Below are positions 32,369 to 42,861 of a DNA stretch of 64,000 bases, one piece after another (position 1 is the first letter of the stretch; every line of letters starts with the position of its first letter). Made by a program: the position numbers and the translations under genes. The notes beneath the pieces are model-generated. The model had not been told where the DNA came from. It searched no databases and saw nothing but the letters and a program-made list of their open reading frames with translations. This stretch comes from Spirochaetia bacterium (lineage in GTDB: Bacteria > Spirochaetota > Spirochaetia > SZUA-6 > Bin103), in the NCBI GenBank assembly GCA_965198005.1, contig CBDAOI010000003.1:736001-800000 (forward strand). Direction: 5' to 3'.

Positions 32369-34168
32369 ATGATTACTGTACAAATTACAATCATAAGGAC
32401 CTTCGCGATTGCGTTGGTCCTGATTCTGAGCGCAACCGGCCTGTGGGCCGCTGGCGCAGAGGAAGAGGCACCGGCAGCCGCGGCTGACAAGCGGTATGTG
32501 ACCGACCCCGCCACCGGCATGACGTGGACCGAGCCCCAGTATGGCGGGACACTCACGTGGGCCCATAAGCAGTTTCCTAAGAGTGCTGACCCGTACTCGG
32601 CTGGTGGCTGGCCGCCTCACTTCATCAGTGGTGTTAATGAGAAGCTGGTCATCGCCGACTGGGCAATATCCAGGGAAAAGACGGTTGACCTAAACTGGTT
32701 CTATACGGGCCCAGAGATGTACAGAGGGAATCTGGCTGAAAGCTGGTCAATGCCCGACGACACAACGTGGATCTGGAACATCCGGCAGGGCGTTTACTAC
32801 CATGATAAGCCACCGATGAACGGTCGGGAGTTCGATGCTTATGACATCGAATGGAACTATCACCGCTATTTGGGTCTGGGTGATTTCACCGAAGACGGAC
32901 CTGGGGGCTATGTAGGTGGTCTAGAGTTCGAATCGGTTACCGCCACCGACAAATGGACGGTTGAGCTTAAGCTGAAGAAGCCTAACTTCAATACGGTGCG
33001 GGGAATGCTCCACAACTCAGCTTGGATATTACCCCCCGAGGTAATCGAGAAATACGGCGACTATGTGGATTGGCGGAACGTGGTCGGCACCGGGCCCTAT
33101 CGACTGACTGACCATGTGGAGGACACCTCTGCAACCTGGGAGAAGAATCCTGACTACTGGGGTGTTGACGAAAAATTCGGGAACCGCATACCCTATATTG
33201 ACGAGTTAAAGTCCCTCCTTATACCAGACATTTCAGCACGTCTGGCGGCAATGCGCACGGGTAAGATTGATATGCTGTCTAACACCGGCGACGCTCATCT
33301 AGCCAATATCGACCATGTAGAGAGCCTCCAGAAGACCAACCCTGAAATCGATGTGTGGCCCGCTTATGTCTGGAATGCAGGCACTTTCATGTTTAACCAC
33401 TCTTTGCCGCTCACGCAGGACGTCAATGTGAAAAAGGCACTGCAGATGTCAGTGGACCGCGAGACACTTGCCGCTACCTTCTTTAAGGGTTGGGCAGATC
33501 CAGCACCTTCTGGGTTTATAAATCAAGCGGCTGAAGGGTTTGCCTGGCCATATGAAGACTGGCCCGATGAGGTCAAGGCAGGCTATAGGTATGACCCGGA
33601 AGGTGCCGAGAAGCTCCTCGATGAGGCTGGGTACCCGCGCGGCGCCGACGGCTACAGATTAACGCTCAAGATTGGCCATCACGCGAGGAACGAACCGACC
33701 TATACAGAAATCCTCATGGGGTACTTCGACGCCATTGGCGTTAAAAGCGAGATGGTTGTGATTACTGACCCTGAGCTGCCACCTCTCGGAACGGCGGACA
33801 CGCACGAGTTGCACTTACAGGGTTGGGTGGTATATGGGACTAAGCGCCCCATCCACTATATGTATGGTCTAACAGAACTTCGTGGTTGGAAATATAGCAA
33901 AACGAAGGACCAGCGAATGCACGACCTGATTGCCGCCATGAAACGTGTTCCCACCTTGGAGGAGTGGCAGAGCTATAGTCGACAGGTCGATGAGATCACT
34001 GTAAGGGAGCACTGGGGCCTAGTCAAACCCCTATCCCCTCTGTTTAGCGTGAGCCAGCCGTGGGTCGAGGGTTATGCCGGTGAATTTGGTCTGGGATTCA
34101 CTGAACGTCATACCCACTTTGCCCGCCTCTGGATTGATAGTGAGCTGAAGGAAGCAATGGGTCGTTAG
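32369..34168 (+). CDS. ABC substrate-binding protein family 5 (SBP6)
   Basis: Signal peptide and family motifs. Confidence 0.93.
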   Translation: MITVQITIIRTFAIALVLILSATGLWAAGAEEEAPAAAADKRYVTDPATGMTWTEPQYGGTLTWAHKQFPKSADPYSAGGWPPHFISGVNEKLVIADWAISREKTVDLNWFYTGPEMYRGNLAESWSMPDDTTWIWNIRQGVYYHDKPPMNGREFDAYDIEWNYHRYLGLGDFTEDGPGGYVGGLEFESVTATDKWTVELKLKKPNFNTVRGMLHNSAWILPPEVIEKYGDYVDWRNVVGTGPYRLTDHVEDTSATWEKNPDYWGVDEKFGNRIPYIDELKSLLIPDISARLAAMRTGKIDMLSNTGDAHLANIDHVESLQKTNPEIDVWPAYVWNAGTFMFNHSLPLTQDVNVKKALQMSVDRETLAATFFKGWADPAPSGFINQAAEGFAWPYEDWPDEVKAGYRYDPEGAEKLLDEAGYPRGADGYRLTLKIGHHARNEPTYTEILMGYFDAIGVKSEMVVITDPELPPLGTADTHELHLQGWVVYGTKRPIHYMYGLTELRGWKYSKTKDQRMHDLIAAMKRVPTLEEWQSYSRQVDEITVREHWGLVKPLSPLFSVSQPWVEGYAGEFGLGFTERHTHFARLWIDSELKEAMGR

Positions 34169-34243
34169 GGGCTTCACCCCTTGTGGCTGACCTCAGGGCA
34201 AGAGGGAGCTGGGAAGCTTACGCTTCCCAGCTCCCGCAGCCGT

Positions 34244-34642
34244 TGTCATTGCGAGGCGCGCTTTCTTACTGTCATCCCGGACTTGATCCGGGATCCAGGA
34301 GTTCTTGGCCTAGATTCCGGATCAAGCCCGGAATGACAAATCAACCTGATCACCACTCTTCGCAAACGTTACCGTCATTCCGGCGAAAAGCCTGCCCCGC
34401 ATTGGAATCGGGGCCGGAATCCAGTTGTAAGTCACGTGTGAATTGATAGCAGGGCGTAAGACCCCCCTCCTTAATCCTCCCCCAGTGGGGGAGGAGATAA
34501 TTCCTCTCCCCCTCGCAGGGGGAGATTGAGAGGGGGGAGCAAGGCGCCCGCCCATGCGCTGGGGTTAAGGTTAGCCAGACCCGAAGCAATCGGGAAGGCC
34601 GCGAGATTGCCACGCCCCGATAAATCGGGGCTCGCAATGACA
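34244..34642. repeat. Cluster of REP-like palindromes
   Basis: GTCATCCCGGACTTGATCCGGGATC, GTCATTCCGGCG...GCCGGAATCC, CCTCCCCCAGTGGGGGAGG, GAGATTGCCACGCCCCGATAAATCGGGGCTCGCAATGAC (also at ~14327-14365). Confidence 0.75.
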
Positions 34643-34656
34643 AGGAGGTGTGTCAC

Positions 34657-35665
34657 ATGAGAGCCTATCTCATCAGGCGGTTATTGCTGGTAATCCCCAC
34701 CCTGTTCATATTGACCATCATAGTCTTTCTCGCGGTGCGCTTCATCCCCGGCGATTTAATAGACATTATGGTGGCTGAGATGGGAGGATGGTATGCCACG
34801 GGTGGCGATATAGACCGCGAAGCTCTTGAGCGTATGCTGGGTTTAGACGTGCCTGTGTACGTACAGTACGGACGCTGGATAGGAGTGTTGCCTACCCCTG
34901 ACTGGGTTACCAAGGAGTCCCACTTCAACGGTATCCTCCAGGGCACGCTTGGCGAACCACTGATTGGCGTTTTTTCTACGATAGAGGAGCAGATAATAGG
35001 TAGATTGCCAGTAACCATTGAGCTTGGCGCCATGGCAATCGTAATCGGGCTAGTGATAGCCCTGCCCGTCGGCATCTACTCGGCGATTCGCCAGGATACC
35101 GCCAGACTACGTGGGGCGCTCCATCGCCATCATCGGCCTGGCAACGCCTAACTTCTGGCTGGCAATTATGGTCATGCTCTACCCGGCAATCTGGTGGGGC
35201 TGGTCGCCGTCGATGGAGTATATCCCTCTTGTCGAAGACCCGCTGGGGAATCTCGGGATGTTCATCATTCCCAGCGTGATTCTGGGGACGGCCTCGGCTG
35301 CAGCCACAATGCGGATGACGCGCACCATGATGCTGGAGGTGCTGAGGCAGGACTACATCAGGACGGCCTGGTCCAAGGGTCTCAAGGAGAGGGTAGTTAT
35401 TATCAGACACGCCATCAAAAATGCACTCATCCCGGTAGTTACTCTGATAGGCCTGCAGTTGCCCCTCCTGGTAGGCGGCTCCGTTATCATAGAGGAAATA
35501 TTTAACCTGCCGGGGATAGGTCGTATGTTTCTGGATGCACTCGAAGGGAGAGACTACCCGGTGGTCCAAGGAGTAAACCTGTTTTTCGGCGGCGTAGTTC
35601 TGCTTACCATTCTACTTACCGACATGATCTACCCTTACCTGGACCCCAGGGTCCGCTACACGTAG
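34657..35665 (+). CDS. ABC permease, DppB/OppB-like, frameshift near 35103
   Basis: Split over ORFs 34648-35151 and 35111-35665; 2 nt missing relative to paralogs. Confidence 0.85.
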
Positions 35666-35674
35666 AGGAGGCAT

Positions 35675-36577
35675 ATGAGCGACGCTGCAGGGATGCCATC
35701 GACAGAAATTGCGCCAAGGAGACGTTCCCGGCTGGCTGAATTCTTTATCAGGCTGGTCAAGGAGAAGCCACTGGGTGCTGCCAGCGGGATTATCATATTG
35801 ATATGGATTCTGATCGCGATCTTTGCCGATGCTCTGACCCCTTATCCACCTTTTGAAATCCACCTGGCAGACCGGCTGCAGGGCTCATCCGCCCAGTATC
35901 TCCTGGGGACGGACCAGATAGGGCGAGACTTATTGAGCCGCCTGATCCTGGGGGGTCGTCTTTCCATACTGATCGGTCTGTCCATCACCGCTCTGAGTAC
36001 TGTGATCAGTACCCTGATAGGCGGCACTTCCGGATTCCTTGGTGGTAAGTTTGACATTATAGTGCAGAGGGTTGTCGATGCCTGGATAGTTTTCCCGGGA
36101 CTGCTCCTGTTGCTAACCATAATGTCTATAGTGGGGCCGGGTATACCACAGATAATACTGGTCCTGGGGATATCAGGAGGTATTGGCGGCTCAAGAGTAC
36201 TCAGAGGCACCGTTATCGGCATTAAAGAGAATGATTACTTTCTGGCGGCGCGGGCAATTGGGAGCCCCACCACCGCAACACTGATGCGGCATGTCCTGCC
36301 CAATGTTATGCCTGTCGTCATCATCATATTCTCGATAACCGTAGGAGGCGTAATCCTGAGTATTGCTTCTCTGAGCTTCCTCGGATACGGTCTGCCCCCC
36401 ACGAGTCCTGACTGGGGGTCTCTGCTCAGCCGGGAAGGACGTAAATACATGGAGCAGGCGCCATGGCTAGCTCTCTGGCCTGGTCTTTGCCTGACTATTA
36501 CCGTTTACTGTCTAAACATGCTCGGCGACGCCCTCAGGGACCTCCTCGACCCCAGGCTCAGGGGCGGCGAGGGGTGA
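35675..36577 (+). CDS. ABC permease, DppC/OppC-like
   Basis: Family motifs. Confidence 0.93.
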   Translation: MSDAAGMPSTEIAPRRRSRLAEFFIRLVKEKPLGAASGIIILIWILIAIFADALTPYPPFEIHLADRLQGSSAQYLLGTDQIGRDLLSRLILGGRLSILIGLSITALSTVISTLIGGTSGFLGGKFDIIVQRVVDAWIVFPGLLLLLTIMSIVGPGIPQIILVLGISGGIGGSRVLRGTVIGIKENDYFLAARAIGSPTTATLMRHVLPNVMPVVIIIFSITVGGVILSIASLSFLGYGLPPTSPDWGSLLSREGRKYMEQAPWLALWPGLCLTITVYCLNMLGDALRDLLDPRLRGGEG

Positions 36578-36840
36578 AGGGGGGGGATGCCGTCAGCCGT
36601 CAGCCGTCAGCCCCGACGCGTCGGGGCGCCCCTACCGAAGGTGACGTGGGACGACAACGGCCGACCCTCTTTATCTGGCAAGTGCCTTCTGGCGTTCTTC
36701 CCACTCGCGCCGCAAAACCCATCCAACCGCACTGTTTCCAGACCAGCGGGCGGTGCCTTCATAACCTAGTATTGATGATTAACTGACGAACAATCTGCCA
36801 TGCACAACTTCAGCACTTCTTCGATTCTCAAGGAGACACT

Positions 36841-39552
36841 ATGAGTAGCACCCATGTCCTCCCCTTTGCAGTTCAAGACAACGCACTTGCTGCCGATCTG
36901 GATACGGTAGGCGGCAAAGGCCAGTCGTTGGCAAGCATGACTGCTGCCGGATTTCCAGTCCCGGCAGGCTTTACGGTGACGACAACCGCCTACCGGCAGT
37001 TCGTTTCTGACAACGACCTTCAGCAGGCCATCATCGATGGGGCAAAACCGGAGCTCGTGGGCACAGCGGTGTCTTTCGATTCCGCCTCGCAACAAATCCA
37101 GGCGTTGTTTGCCGAAGCTGAGCTAACGGATGAACTGAAGGCGCAGATCGGTTCAGCTTATACCGCCTTCGGCGCAGGCGAGCCACCGGTTGCGGTGCGT
37201 TCATCGGCCAACGCGGAAGACCTGCCGGATCTGTCGTTCGCGGGGCAGCAGGACACCTATCTCAACATACGCGGTCGCGATGCAGTGTATGCGTCGGTGC
37301 GCGACTGTTGGGCGTCTCTGTGGACCGCACGGGCCATCAGTTATCGGCATGAACATGCCATCGCCCAGGAGGCGGTTGCCATGGCGGTGGTGGTGCAGAA
37401 AATGGTGCCGTCAGAAGTCTCGGGCATCCTGTTTACCGCCAACCCGGCGACGGGGGAGCGGTCCGAGATGATCGTCAATGCCAGTTTCGGGTTGGGCGAG
37501 GCGATTGTCGGCGGCGAGATCACCCCCGATACCTACATCATCGACCGGGACACGTTGGCGGTCAGGGAGACCATTATCGGCAGCAAGGAGCACATGATGG
37601 TGTCCGCTGCAGGCCAGGGCACCGACACCCGGGAGTTGAGCGCGGCGGAACGGGAACAGTCGTCGCTGGCGGAGCCGGTGTTGCGGGAACTGGCCCAACT
37701 CGCCATCGCCGTGGAGCGGCACTTCGGCCAGCCCCAGGATATCGAGTGGGCAGTCGTCAACGGGACACTGTCGCTGCTGCAGTCGCGCCCGATTACCAAC
37801 CTGCCTCCGGCACCGCTGAAGGATATTCGGTGGGAGAAGCCCGACATGCCGGATTGGTTCCCGGGATATCCACGAGGTGGACCTGGTGCACCATTGCTGC
37901 GAAAAAACCTGGTGGAGCATATCCCGGGGCCGGTCTCGCCACTGTTCGAAGATCTCTACCTGAAGGATGCGGTGGGCGGTCGAGCGACACATAGTGTTCA
38001 TTACGCTGTCAATGGCTATGCGTACGTCACGTCGGGTACGCCCCCAGGTGTGGAACCCTATCCAACCACCCGTGTGTTTCCTGGGTCGGCGAACGAACAG
38101 ACCCCTACTATCGCAAATATGCGGCTGTCCAAGAACCAGTCCACGAATACGGCGAGCCATATCTACGGCACTGGCAAATGGGCCAAGGTCTACGCCGACT
38201 GGTTTAATTCGTGGGGCAAGGAAACGTTGCCCGCATACCTGGCGGTGATTGATGAGTGGCGGCAGGTGGACCCGCAGGCGGCGTCGGATGAGGCACTGCT
38301 GGATGGTATGTGTGCCCTGGCGAGAGCGGATGGCGAAACCTGGTACTCACCCACCATGAGACAAGACTCGATGATCAGCCATGTCGACACCAGGGCAGTC
38401 ATGAATATGCTGCGGGGCGCCGAAATCACATTCCAGGATTTTCTGCAGAAAGCGGCCCCGGGGAAGGGGTTTAGCAGCGGCCAGTTCCTCAGCGGCCTGC
38501 GCTCGCTCTCCATGGAAGCCCAGGGCGAGATCTCCGATATTGCCGAACTCATCCGTGCCGATGAGGGACTCGTTGAGCTCGTGCTGACCACTCCCGCACA
38601 ACGGCTGCTAGCCGCGTTGCGTGAGCGCTCAGAGGCAGCGCTGATCGTTCAGGCGATCGATCAGCATCTGCAGCGCTACGGGCACCAGATCAGCACGCTC
38701 GACTTCGCCGAACCAACGCTTGCGGAAGACCCCTTGCCGGTGATGTTGAACCTGAAGGCAGTGGCCCGGGACACCAACCACGACCCGGCCGCCACGCAGA
38801 TCGACCTCGCCAGGCGACGTCAGGCGGCCCTGAGGGAGGCGAAGCAGGCCTTCAGCGATGAAGACTGGCGGGAATTGTGCGAGTTCCTCTGGGTCATGAA
38901 GCGCGTTTATCCTGACCGCGACCAGGCGCTGTTTTACCTGGGGGCCGGATGGCCGACGCTGCGGCGGCTCGCACTCGAACTGGGCAGCCGTCTGGTCGAG
39001 GCCGGCACCCTAACCCAGGCGGACGACCTCTTCTACCTGTGGAGAGCACAGCTCGAAGAGGCCATGGCGGCGCGCCAGGCGGGCCAGGCGCTGCCGGAAC
39101 TCAAGGAACGTGTCGCCGAGCAGCGCGAACTTCAGCAGGCGCGCATGCGGCTGGTGCCACCGAACACGGTACCACCGGAAGAAGGTGAGGGGCCTGGCTG
39201 GGGCAAGACCGCCAACGACGCGGACAGTGACAGCTTAAACGGCAACGCCTGCAGTCCCGGCCAGATCACCGCCCGCGCCAGCCTCGTCATGTCCCCGGCC
39301 GATTTCGCGAAGATGCAACCCGGCACCATCCTCGTGTGCCCGATGACCACTCCCGCCTGGACGCAGCTGTTCTCCCAGGCAAAGGGTCTGGTGACCGATA
39401 TTGGCGGCATCCTGACGCATGGCTCGATTGTGGCCCGCGAGTACAACATCCCCGCAGTGCTCGGACTCGGGATTGCCACCAAGAGGATCAAGCACGGGCA
39501 GATGATCCGTGTGGATGGCGACAACGGGGTGGTCGCTCTCCTCGACGAGTGA
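36841..39552 (+). CDS. PEP-utilising enzyme with PPDK-type ATP-grasp N-terminus and C-terminal His swivel domain (rifampin phosphotransferase-like architecture)
   Basis: VGGKG, VAVRSSANAED, SFAGQ, QDIEWA, LQSRPIT, C-terminal LTHGSIVAREY. Confidence 0.88.
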   Translation: MSSTHVLPFAVQDNALAADLDTVGGKGQSLASMTAAGFPVPAGFTVTTTAYRQFVSDNDLQQAIIDGAKPELVGTAVSFDSASQQIQALFAEAELTDELKAQIGSAYTAFGAGEPPVAVRSSANAEDLPDLSFAGQQDTYLNIRGRDAVYASVRDCWASLWTARAISYRHEHAIAQEAVAMAVVVQKMVPSEVSGILFTANPATGERSEMIVNASFGLGEAIVGGEITPDTYIIDRDTLAVRETIIGSKEHMMVSAAGQGTDTRELSAAEREQSSLAEPVLRELAQLAIAVERHFGQPQDIEWAVVNGTLSLLQSRPITNLPPAPLKDIRWEKPDMPDWFPGYPRGGPGAPLLRKNLVEHIPGPVSPLFEDLYLKDAVGGRATHSVHYAVNGYAYVTSGTPPGVEPYPTTRVFPGSANEQTPTIANMRLSKNQSTNTASHIYGTGKWAKVYADWFNSWGKETLPAYLAVIDEWRQVDPQAASDEALLDGMCALARADGETWYSPTMRQDSMISHVDTRAVMNMLRGAEITFQDFLQKAAPGKGFSSGQFLSGLRSLSMEAQGEISDIAELIRADEGLVELVLTTPAQRLLAALRERSEAALIVQAIDQHLQRYGHQISTLDFAEPTLAEDPLPVMLNLKAVARDTNHDPAATQIDLARRRQAALREAKQAFSDEDWRELCEFLWVMKRVYPDRDQALFYLGAGWPTLRRLALELGSRLVEAGTLTQADDLFYLWRAQLEEAMAARQAGQALPELKERVAEQRELQQARMRLVPPNTVPPEEGEGPGWGKTANDADSDSLNGNACSPGQITARASLVMSPADFAKMQPGTILVCPMTTPAWTQLFSQAKGLVTDIGGILTHGSIVAREYNIPAVLGLGIATKRIKHGQMIRVDGDNGVVALLDE

Positions 39553-39565
39553 CGGTGTGCGAATT

Positions 39566-40372
39566 ATGAAGATTCTGGTCACGAACGACGATGGTATTGA
39601 TTCGCCAGGCATCCGGGCTCTCGCCGACGCGATGAGCCGGGTCGGGGAGGTGCTCATTGTTGCCCCGGACCAAGAGCAGAGTGGCATTGGCACCGCAGTA
39701 TCCCTTCATAACGGCATTGCTGTTGCGGAACGAGACACTGCCATCGAAGGGGCGCGTGCCTATGCCGTCAGTGGCACACCAAGTGATTGTGTGTTCCTGG
39801 GCTTAGGGCCATTGGCTGAAGGCAAGATTGACCTCGTCGTCTCCGGCATCAACACGGGTCCCAACCTCGGTAATGAAGTCCTGCAATCGGGTACCACCAT
39901 GGCGACCCGGGTGGCTCATACCCGCAGTCCCAGGATCCCGTCAATTGCCGTCTCGCTGAGCCTATATGGGTCGCAAGACCAGCGAGAGCCGCATTTTCCC
40001 CTTGCCGCCACGGTTTCCGAATTGTTGGCACGCAAAATAACGGAGGGCGAAATGCCGCCGGGCCTCACACTCAATGTGAACGTCCCCAGTGTCCCCCGCG
40101 GAGAAATCCGGGGTATTGCCGTCACAAGACCCTCGCCTGTTGGTTATTGGATGTGGAGAACGGAACAGGACGGCGATGGACTCTACTACAACAAGCTTTC
40201 CGCAATCGCAGCGGACCATCCCGACATCGAAGAGGGGACGGATGTCTGGGCTCTCAATCGGGGGCTCATATCCATCACCCCGTTACGCCTCGAGGTCACC
40301 GACGATAAACTCATACCAGCGCTGAGTGAGCATACTCGTCGCTTAGAATCCGGTCTCAAGCAGATGATGTAA
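39566..40372 (+). CDS. surE: 5'/3'-nucleotidase SurE family
   Basis: ILVTNDDG, APDQEQSG, GTPSDCV, SGINTGPN, NVNVP. Confidence 0.88.
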   Translation: MKILVTNDDGIDSPGIRALADAMSRVGEVLIVAPDQEQSGIGTAVSLHNGIAVAERDTAIEGARAYAVSGTPSDCVFLGLGPLAEGKIDLVVSGINTGPNLGNEVLQSGTTMATRVAHTRSPRIPSIAVSLSLYGSQDQREPHFPLAATVSELLARKITEGEMPPGLTLNVNVPSVPRGEIRGIAVTRPSPVGYWMWRTEQDGDGLYYNKLSAIAADHPDIEEGTDVWALNRGLISITPLRLEVTDDKLIPALSEHTRRLESGLKQMM

Positions 40373-40427
40373 GCTAACTAGAATTTACCAGGTTTATCTG
40401 CCATCCCTTATAGCGCCGAGGATACAG

Positions 40428-40707
40428 ATGACTGCTATACACGTACTGCCTCTTGCCACTGCAGATGCCTGCCTGGAAATGGTTGGGCGTACCGAATCAT
40501 TATCCCCATGCGGCGTTGGATGCCTTCGTGATCATGCCCAGTCATGTTCATGCGATCATCGTGATCGCGGATATCGTAGGGGCGACCCCGACGCGTCGGG
40601 GCGCCCCTACCCAAGGCGCCCCCCGGGTGGACCGCGCGGGCCATCAGTTACCGGCATGAACATGCGATAGCGCAGGAGGCCGCTGCCATGGCGGTGGTAG
40701 TGCAGGT
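40428..40707 (+). pseudogene. Remnant of a second PEP-utilising gene with an internal RAYT/Y1 transposase fragment
   Basis: MTAIHVLPL...EMVG, then LDAFVIMPSHVHAII (HUH motif) and a GTAGGGGCG...CGCCCCTAC REP, then WTARAISYRHEHAIAQEA matching 37321 onward. Confidence 0.75.
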
Positions 40708-40755
40708 CTTGGTAGAGTTGTTCCCACGAGTTGAATCCAAGGAAGGAAGAAAACA

Positions 40756-41595
40756 GTGACAGAGAAAAAGGGAAGACTTGCAGGCAAAGTGGCGGTTGTC
40801 ACCGGCGGCAACAGTGGAATGGGGGCTGGAACGGTGGAACTATTCGTGGCCGAAGGGGCCCGGGTGGTGATCGCGGCCCGCGGCGAGGAAGCAGGACAGG
40901 CACTGGCCGATCGCTTGGGCGAAAATGCGATTTTCAAACGCACCGATGTCTCCGTGGAAGCCGATGTGCAAGCCCTGGTCGATGCCACAATCGAGAAGTG
41001 GGGGCGAGTGGATGTGTTGTTCAACAATGCCGGCATCGGGCAAGGCTTTGTCCCTCCTGAAAGGTTTACTCTGGAGGATTTCAACCGAGTGATGATGACG
41101 AATCTCGGCTCCTGTTTCCTTGGTCTCAAATATGTGACCCCGATCATGAAAAAGCAGGGCGGCGGCAGCATCATCAACAACGGCAGCACAGCCGGAGTGA
41201 CGACCGATGGCGCCGGTCCGCTCTATTCCGCGAGCAAAGCGGGAGTCATCCATATCACCAAGGTCTGGGCTGTCGAGCTTGCCGAGCACGGGATTCGTGT
41301 TAACTGCATCTCTCCAGGAGCAATCGTGACCCCCATCTTCTGGGGCGGCTACCATACTCAATCGGCAGAGGAAAACGAACGCCGGACCCAACGGCTGACA
41401 GAAACCTTTGCAAAAGAGTTACCGCTCAATCGCGCGGGGACCCCCGAAGACATTGCCTATGCTGCGTTGTATTTGGCGAGTGACGAAAGCCTCCACACTA
41501 CAGGGCTCAATATGATGGTTGACGCCGGGCTGACCTGTCGTAATCGACCCTGGAAGAAGAGCGAAAGAAGGGCCGAATCAATTGCTGGGGAGTGA
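40756..41595 (+). CDS. Short-chain dehydrogenase/reductase
   Basis: TGGNSGMG, NNAG, YSASK, IRVNCISPG. Confidence 0.92.
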   Translation: MTEKKGRLAGKVAVVTGGNSGMGAGTVELFVAEGARVVIAARGEEAGQALADRLGENAIFKRTDVSVEADVQALVDATIEKWGRVDVLFNNAGIGQGFVPPERFTLEDFNRVMMTNLGSCFLGLKYVTPIMKKQGGGSIINNGSTAGVTTDGAGPLYSASKAGVIHITKVWAVELAEHGIRVNCISPGAIVTPIFWGGYHTQSAEENERRTQRLTETFAKELPLNRAGTPEDIAYAALYLASDESLHTTGLNMMVDAGLTCRNRPWKKSERRAESIAGE

Positions 41596-41777
41596 AACGC
41601 CAGAGGAGGATGGATGGAAAAACCTCCATTTTCTTAAGCGATGCTATAATAGGCCAGGGCTATGTCCGGATTTGTCATTGACGAAACTTAACCGCGAAGA
41701 ATACGAGTAGAAGGACCCAAATCAAGTACCTAGTTCGCTGACTACTTTGACACCCATATTCGAATGGAGGAATTGAC

Positions 41778-42344
41778 GTGAACTCATCTAGTGAACAAGC
41801 TATTTTTGAAGACCGCTTCGATGGGGCGCTAGCCGAAGGCTGGTCATGGCTGAGGGAGAACCCGGACCGTTGGCGTATTCGAGACAGCGGGCTGGAGATT
41901 TGCGTCGAGCCCGGTGACGCGGCTACGGTCAGGAACGCGTTGCTCAGGCCCGCGCCAGACCGCAGCGCTGGCACATTTGCCATCGAAGTGACCGTTACCA
42001 ACCACACCTATCCAACCCAGCCATATGAGCAAGCGGGGATCACCTGGTACAATGACGGCAAGCCGGTATTCAAGGAGGTGAAGGAGCTCCTCGACGGTGA
42101 GCTTTACATCATTCCCGGGCGGCAGCCGATGGCGGCGAAGAGCGTCCGACTGCGCTTGCTGGTTACCGCGGATTCTTGGGAAGCACAATATCGCCCCGAA
42201 GATGCGACAGAATTCCAAACGGCGGCAACAGGCGACCTTCCCCCGCCGGGCGACGACCAGGTGAGTATCCAGTGCTATAACGGCCCGGCAGATGCGGCGC
42301 ATTGGATTCGGTTCGAGCACTTCAGCATTACGTCATTAACCTAA
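41778..42344 (+). CDS. Conserved ConA-like/DUF1349-type protein (copy 3 of 3)
   Basis: Near-identical to 7171-7737 and 16356-16922. Confidence 0.7.
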   Translation: MNSSSEQAIFEDRFDGALAEGWSWLRENPDRWRIRDSGLEICVEPGDAATVRNALLRPAPDRSAGTFAIEVTVTNHTYPTQPYEQAGITWYNDGKPVFKEVKELLDGELYIIPGRQPMAAKSVRLRLLVTADSWEAQYRPEDATEFQTAATGDLPPPGDDQVSIQCYNGPADAAHWIRFEHFSITSLT

Positions 42345-42423
42345 CTTTTCTATGACAGGGACACATCGTCGGCTCTGCGCGCATGCGCTCTGCACGCCTG
42401 GGGACGTCAGCAGGAGGTGAGTA

Positions 42424-42861
42424 GTGTTTAAGAAGCTTGATCATATCGGCGTTGTAACTACGGATATGAAGAGACTCATCGATTTCTATGAAGGAATCCT
42501 GGGTTTCAGAGTTCGAGAGAGATTTGAGGCCGAGGCTGGTAAGGGCTCGGCTCAGCTGAAAGAGGTGGCCAATCTCACCCTTGAAGAGGGTGCAGTGATA
42601 GAACTGTTTTCGATCGACGCAGGCGCTCCACCTGATCCTGAATACAACGCACCACCATTCGAAGCGGGCTTTCGATTGATGGCGATCGAAGTGGAGGATA
42701 TGGATCAGGCTGTGGAATATCTCACCAGCAAGGGAATAGAAGTCCATAGAGCGCACCAGGCTAATCCAGCCAGGTGGATCAAAGACCCGGACGGCAATAT
42801 GCTCATCTTATTTCCCTCGATCGTGTATGAGAATTACAGGAAACTAGACAAGAAAGCGTGA
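42424..42861 (+). CDS. VOC/glyoxalase family protein
   Basis: LDHIGV, FYEGILG, IKDPDGN; AGGAGG RBS. Confidence 0.88.
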   Translation: MFKKLDHIGVVTTDMKRLIDFYEGILGFRVRERFEAEAGKGSAQLKEVANLTLEEGAVIELFSIDAGAPPDPEYNAPPFEAGFRLMAIEVEDMDQAVEYLTSKGIEVHRAHQANPARWIKDPDGNMLILFPSIVYENYRKLDKKA

